A stretch of 49,014 nucleotides of DNA from Chloroflexota bacterium (GTDB taxonomy: Bacteria; Chloroflexota; Dehalococcoidia; Dehalococcoidales; UBA2162): positions 1 through 49,014 of the forward strand of contig JACQGQ010000079.1 of the NCBI GenBank assembly GCA_016199495.1, given 5' to 3'. The first letter of the stretch is position 1. Each line of letters starts with the position of its first letter. The translations under genes and the position numbers were made by a program. Positions 45,023 to 49,014 of the stretch are shown here, piece by piece. The notes below the pieces were generated by a model. That model was not told where the DNA came from. It was given only the letters and a program-made list of their open reading frames with translations, and searched no databases.

Positions 45023-46231
45023 CTAGAATCCCTCGCTATACATCGAAGTCATGGCTGACATCAGGGTTACGGCAATAAGACCAACCATGCCGCCTATAAT
45101 TAGCGTCATCGCTGGCGGTATGAGCGTGATCAGGGAACGAATCTTGTCTTCGGCTTCAGCCTCGTAGCTTCGAGCTACGGCCAGTAGAGTCGCTTCCAGG
45201 TTACCGCTTTCCTCTCCGACCCTGACCATCTGGACCATCATCGGCAGAAAAAGCTTGTTCTTGGCCATTGGCTGGGATAAACCTTCACCTTTAAGCATCT
45301 CTTGCTCGACATCAGTGAGTGCCTTTGCCAGCACTTTATTATTGCTGCTGCGAATAAGCATCGGCATAATTTCAGTTAAGGGCATACCGGCACGGAACAA
45401 TAAAGCCATACTGCGGCAGTAGCGGGCAAGCTCACTGAGAAGCCGTACTTGACCTACTCGTGGCAGCTTCAGCAGCATTTTATCCCACAGGTATCGGCCA
45501 CGCGGGGTCTTGATGTAGATTAGAACCAGGCCAATGATGGTGGCCACCCCTAAGAAAAGATATAGCGCCTGGCTCTTAGCCTGCTCACCAAGAGCAAGAA
45601 ATATCCTGGCTATCGGTGGTAACTGAACGCCAAGCGATTCATACATACCGGCAAAAGTTGGTAAAATAAAGGTAACCAATAAGCCCACTACTACCACAGC
45701 GATAACCGCCGTAATGGCTGGCATCATAAGAGCACTCTTAGTCTCTTTGATGGTAGTTGCTTCCTTCTCCATATAATCAGCTATCTGATTCAATACCAGC
45801 TCAAGATTTCCGCCCTGCTCGCCGACACCGAGCAGCTGGCAATAAATGGGAGAGAAGACTTTGGGGTGCTTGAGTAGAGCTGTCGAGAGCTGGGTGCCGC
45901 TGCGGACATCAGAGATTACGCCACTGAGCACCCTCCTTAGCGCCCGGTTTCTTGTTCCTGCTTGTAGTAACTCCAGAGAGGTAGCGATGTTGGTCCCGGC
46001 TTCAAGGAGCATGGCTAACTGGCGGTAAAGAAGTATTATCTCAGCCACTTTTATTTCGAACAGGCTGGCCGTTAGTTTATCTATGTTAAAAAACGAGACA
46101 TAGGGTTTGAGGCTAACGGGCTGATAACCAGCATAGCCCAATAGTTCAGTGGCGGCCTCTTCAGTGGCGGCGGATAACTTACCCTTGACCACCTCTCCCC
46201 GTTTATTGTAGGCGACGTATTGATAAGCCAT
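45023..46231 (-). CDS. pilC: Type IV pilus/T2SS platform protein (GspF/PilC family)
   Basis: 402 aa with two T2SSF repeats and 3 TM segments. Confidence 0.85.
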   Translation of the reverse strand: MAYQYVAYNKRGEVVKGKLSAATEEAATELLGYAGYQPVSLKPYVSFFNIDKLTASLFEIKVAEIILLYRQLAMLLEAGTNIATSLELLQAGTRNRALRRVLSGVISDVRSGTQLSTALLKHPKVFSPIYCQLLGVGEQGGNLELVLNQIADYMEKEATTIKETKSALMMPAITAVIAVVVVGLLVTFILPTFAGMYESLGVQLPPIARIFLALGEQAKSQALYLFLGVATIIGLVLIYIKTPRGRYLWDKMLLKLPRVGQVRLLSELARYCRSMALLFRAGMPLTEIMPMLIRSSNNKVLAKALTDVEQEMLKGEGLSQPMAKNKLFLPMMVQMVRVGEESGNLEATLLAVARSYEAEAEDKIRSLITLIPPAMTLIIGGMVGLIAVTLMSAMTSMYSEGF

Positions 46232-46285
46232 TTAATTCTCCATTGCCCATCAGGGCTACCCTGGTTGACCTTGTCGGGAGTGTCC

Positions 46286-47818
46286 TTAGTCTACGGCGTA
46301 GGCATTACGCAGGACTTCGGCCGGGGTAGTGATATTGGCTTTTACTTTTAGCATACCGTCCTTAATTAAAGGTATCATCCCCTCTTTAATTGCCTCGGTT
46401 CGTAGCTCACTGGCATTGGCGTCATTGAGCAGCATTGTCCTTATCTGGTCACTGATGTGCAGGATTTCATAAAATCCGATTCGTCCCTGGTAGCCAGTAT
46501 TGGAGCATGACCGGCAACCCTGGCCAACGAGGAACTCGTTTCGCTCCTCACTGATTTCCTTAGTATAGGCCGCCTGCTCTAGCGGAGGTATGTTAACCAT
46601 CTGAGCGCACTCGTGGCAGATTCGCCTTCCCATTCGTTGTGCCACCACACCGATAAGGGCCGAGGCAATGAGAAATGGCTCGATGCCTAAATCAAGCAGA
46701 CGAGAGACTACGCCTACGGCATCATTGGCGTGGATTGTCGATAATACCATGTGTCCGGTGAGAGCTGACTGGATAGCAATGCCGGCCGTCTCACCATCAC
46801 GCATCTCACCAACCAATAATACGTCAGGGTCAAGGCGCAGTATCGACCTGAGTCCGCTGGCAAAGGTAAGACCGGCCCGGGGGTTAACCTGAATCTGGTT
46901 GATATTTTTGAATCGATACTCCACCGGGTCTTCAATAGTAATGATGTTCCGTCCCTTGCGGTCAAGGGTATTGAGTGAAGCGTACAGAGTCGTCGTTTTA
47001 CCGGCACCAGTGGGACCGGTAACTAAAATCATGCCATAGGGGACTTTAAGCATTTCTTGATACTTGGTCAGGCTTTCCGGAAGAAAGCCCAATTGGGGTA
47101 AGGTCATCAGGGCTTTGGATTTATCGAGAATCCGTAATGCCGCCATCTCACCATTTACTATGGGTATCGTAGCCACTCGAATATCTATTTCCTGGCGGTC
47201 TTTGGGCTTGACTGAAAGCTGACCGTCCTGGGGGCGCTGGCGGTCAGCGATGTTCATCTTGGCTAAAATTTTGAGTCGAGAAATAATCGGGATAGAGGTT
47301 GCCACGGGCAAGCTAAGCGTGTCTTGCAGAGTGCCATCAATACGATAGCGTACTCTCAGGTTGTCTTCCTCGGGTTGGATATGGATGTCAGAAGCCCGGG
47401 CTTTTATTGCCCCATCGATGATAACTGTCAGCGCCCTGGCTATCGGTGCATCAGCGACACTATCAGAAGTAATTTCTTCGATAGTTGTCTCGCTTTCACC
47501 GGGCAGCGAAATACTGGCAATCTGCTCCCTTATTTTCTCGCTGGATTGATAGCTGAGGTCGATAGCCTCTTGAATTTCCTCAGCGCTGGCCGCCTCGGGG
47601 GCGATGCGCATCTGGCACTTGGCTTCCAATGCCTCTAAGGCAAAGATATCTGACGGATTGGCCATAGCCACCCGCAGCACCTTACCCTTGACCACCAGGG
47701 GTATAACATTGTATCTCCGGGCCATTGCCTCTGGGACCAGTTGTAAGGCTTCAGGCTGGATTGAATCCCTTCGCAGCCTCAACTGAGGCACTTCCCTGCT
47801 TTCTTTCTTCTCTGGCAT
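46286..47818 (-). CDS. pilB: Type IV pilus/T2SS assembly ATPase (GspE/PilB family)
   Basis: 510 aa with a T2SSE_N domain (RYNVIPL...LRVAMANP), Walker A GPTGAGKTTT, DPDVLLVGEMRD and a tetracysteine CHEC...CRSC. Confidence 0.85.
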   Translation of the reverse strand: MPEKKESREVPQLRLRRDSIQPEALQLVPEAMARRYNVIPLVVKGKVLRVAMANPSDIFALEALEAKCQMRIAPEAASAEEIQEAIDLSYQSSEKIREQIASISLPGESETTIEEITSDSVADAPIARALTVIIDGAIKARASDIHIQPEEDNLRVRYRIDGTLQDTLSLPVATSIPIISRLKILAKMNIADRQRPQDGQLSVKPKDRQEIDIRVATIPIVNGEMAALRILDKSKALMTLPQLGFLPESLTKYQEMLKVPYGMILVTGPTGAGKTTTLYASLNTLDRKGRNIITIEDPVEYRFKNINQIQVNPRAGLTFASGLRSILRLDPDVLLVGEMRDGETAGIAIQSALTGHMVLSTIHANDAVGVVSRLLDLGIEPFLIASALIGVVAQRMGRRICHECAQMVNIPPLEQAAYTKEISEERNEFLVGQGCRSCSNTGYQGRIGFYEILHISDQIRTMLLNDANASELRTEAIKEGMIPLIKDGMLKVKANITTPAEVLRNAYAVD

Positions 47819-47844
47819 TTTCCAACTTCCTTCAAGGCTTCTCT

Positions 47845-47873
47845 ATTATAGTCTTTAGTTAATCAGGGGTCAA
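47845..47873 (-). promoter_or_regulatory. Near-consensus sigma70 promoter of the pil operon
   Basis: Minus strand: TTGACC (47868-47873), 17-nt spacer, TATAAT (47845-47850). The pilB ATG is about 27 nt downstream, preceded by gaaggaag. Confidence 0.6.
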
Positions 47874-47913
47874 AGGTTGATGTCAAGTGTGCTATTCGGT
47901 TTTAGTTGGTGAT

Positions 47914-47965
47914 GTCATTGCGAGCCGACCCGCCGGCCGAGCCCTAGCGGGCAGGGCGCAATCAC
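47914..47965. repeat. Palindromic element, family B copy
   Basis: gtcattgcgagccgaccc...gggcagggcgcaatcac. Confidence 0.65.
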
Positions 47966-47987
47966 AGTTTCATCAACCATAACCAGA

Positions 47988-48075
47988 TTAACTAGCCAAA
48001 CAGGTCTGGTTAACTAGCCAAACAGGTCTGGTTAACTAGCCAAACAGGTCTGGTTAACTAGCCAAACAGGTCTGA
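47988..48075. repeat. Tandem direct repeat, 22 bp x 4 (ttaactagccaaacaggtctgg)
   Basis: Units at 47988-48009, 48010-48031, 48032-48053 and 48054-48075. The last unit ends ..ga and contains the last five sense codons and the TAG stop of the HD-GYP gene. Confidence 0.95.
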
Positions 48076-49014
48076 CAGCCCTGATTCCTCAGGGGTGGAA
48101 TTTGCTGACATAAATTTCCACCAGTTAAGCTCTGCTTTTATTTCATCTTCAATCGCCAGGAAAGCATTTACCAGCTCAGGGTCAAAATGGCTTCCCCGGC
48201 CCTCTTTAATAATGGCAAAAGCTTTTTTTAGTGGAAAGGGGTCCTTGTAAGGCCGTTCCGATGTCAGGGCGTCAAAGACATCAGCCAGTGCCACGATACG
48301 CCCGGCCAGGGGGATGTCGGTGCCCTTAAGTCCTTGTGGGTAGCCGCTGCCGTCCCATTTTTCATGGTGGTTGAGGGCAATAGCGGCCGCCATTATAATA
48401 AAGTCGGCGCTGGCGTCTTTTAGAATTTCGGCGCCGATGGTGGTATGTTGCTTCATAATTGCCCATTCATCGGCGTCCAGCTTACCTGGTTTTCGTAAAA
48501 CATGGTCGGGAATGCCAATCTTACCGACATCATGCATGGGGGCTGCCCAGAGAATATTTTCCACGAAGTCATCATCGAGGCCCATCTTACGAGCAATGGC
48601 ACTGGAGTAATGGCTCATGCGCTCGACGTGGGCACCGGTATCCTCATCCTTGTATTCGGCGGCCCGCGAAAGTCGGTAAACGGTATCAAGCGAGGCTACT
48701 TTTATCTTCTCAAGTGCTTTGGTCAGGTTTTGGGTTCTCCTGGTAACCTCCGCCTCTACCTCCCCGGGATAGTGGCGCTGGTGGTCATTGTAGGCTTTGA
48801 CCTTGAGCAGGGAATTTACCCTCGTCTGTAATTCTGTTGCGTCGACAGGCTTGGTCAAGAAATCGTCTACTCCGGCGGCCAGCGCCTTTAGTCGCTCTGC
48901 TATCTCATTCAGGGCAGTCATCATGACCACAGGTATAGTTTGGCTAGCCTCAGCCCCCTTCAATCGCCTGGATACTTCAAAGCCATCCATTTTGGGCATA
49001 CGGGTATCAAGTAA
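48058..49014 (-). CDS. Response-regulator receiver + HD-GYP c-di-GMP phosphodiesterase (N-terminus outside the window)
   Basis: The frame is open to the window edge (..LLDTRMPKMDGFEV.. is the REC core). HD-GYP motifs are PMHDVGKIGIP and HHEKWDGSGYP. Confidence 0.85.
   Translation of the reverse strand, partial: LLDTRMPKMDGFEVSRRLKGAEASQTIPVVMMTALNEIAERLKALAAGVDDFLTKPVDATELQTRVNSLLKVKAYNDHQRHYPGEVEAEVTRRTQNLTKALEKIKVASLDTVYRLSRAAEYKDEDTGAHVERMSHYSSAIARKMGLDDDFVENILWAAPMHDVGKIGIPDHVLRKPGKLDADEWAIMKQHTTIGAEILKDASADFIIMAAAIALNHHEKWDGSGYPQGLKGTDIPLAGRIVALADVFDALTSERPYKDPFPLKKAFAIIKEGRGSHFDPELVNAFLAIEDEIKAELNWWKFMSANSTPEESGLSDLFG

Overview
49 kb of a moderately GC-rich bacterial chromosome. The gene content (no secretin in the pilus cluster, citramalate route to isoleucine, hairpin-saturated intergenic DNA) resembles an uncultivated monoderm anaerobe such as a Chloroflexota-like lineage, but that placement is a guess. 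Most genes are housekeeping. They comprise a folK fragment and queD; a long minus-strand branched-chain amino-acid supraoperon (ilvD-ilvB-ilvN-usp-ilvC-leuA-leuC-[island]-leuD-leuB-cimA); rpiB-tsaC; a plus-strand guaA-purD-purE-purB-rsmD-coaD-ferredoxin block; cvpA; a MacAB/HlyD-type tripartite efflux system; proC; leuS; an MFS transporter; an acyl-CoA dehydrogenase; and an MBL-fold hydrolase. The right-hand 10 kb holds a secretin-less type IV pilus/pseudopilus operon (pilB-pilC-two prepilins-PilX/GspK-like-pilO-fused pilMN-pilT). A REC/HD-GYP gene lies upstream of it and a GAF-GGDEF gene downstream. I saw no rRNA, tRNA or CRISPR array. Seven things deserve a second look. (1) Two small accessory cassettes (DUF4389+PrsW-like, and a YiiX-like papain-fold gene) are each bracketed by a diverged duplicate of the end of the adjacent housekeeping gene (cimA 3' end, purD 5' end), and the differences are almost all synonymous. 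A third cassette (GIY-YIG + orphan hicB) is bracketed by about 70-bp direct repeats. (2) That third cassette is part of a 1.4-kb AT-rich island that splits leuC from leuD. (3) A 15-codon Ile/Leu/Val-rich leader ORF plus an intrinsic terminator sits upstream of ilvD and looks like a transcription attenuator. (4) At least four families of palindromic repeats fill the intergenic DNA. (5) A 22-bp x4 tandem repeat lies between the HD-GYP gene and the pilB promoter. (6) A low-GC two-gene cassette of unknown function has its own promoter. (7) The PilM-PilN fusion carries a duplicated PilN module. All calls come from reading the sequence and the translations. No database search was run, and hand-derived coordinates may be off by 1-2 nt.
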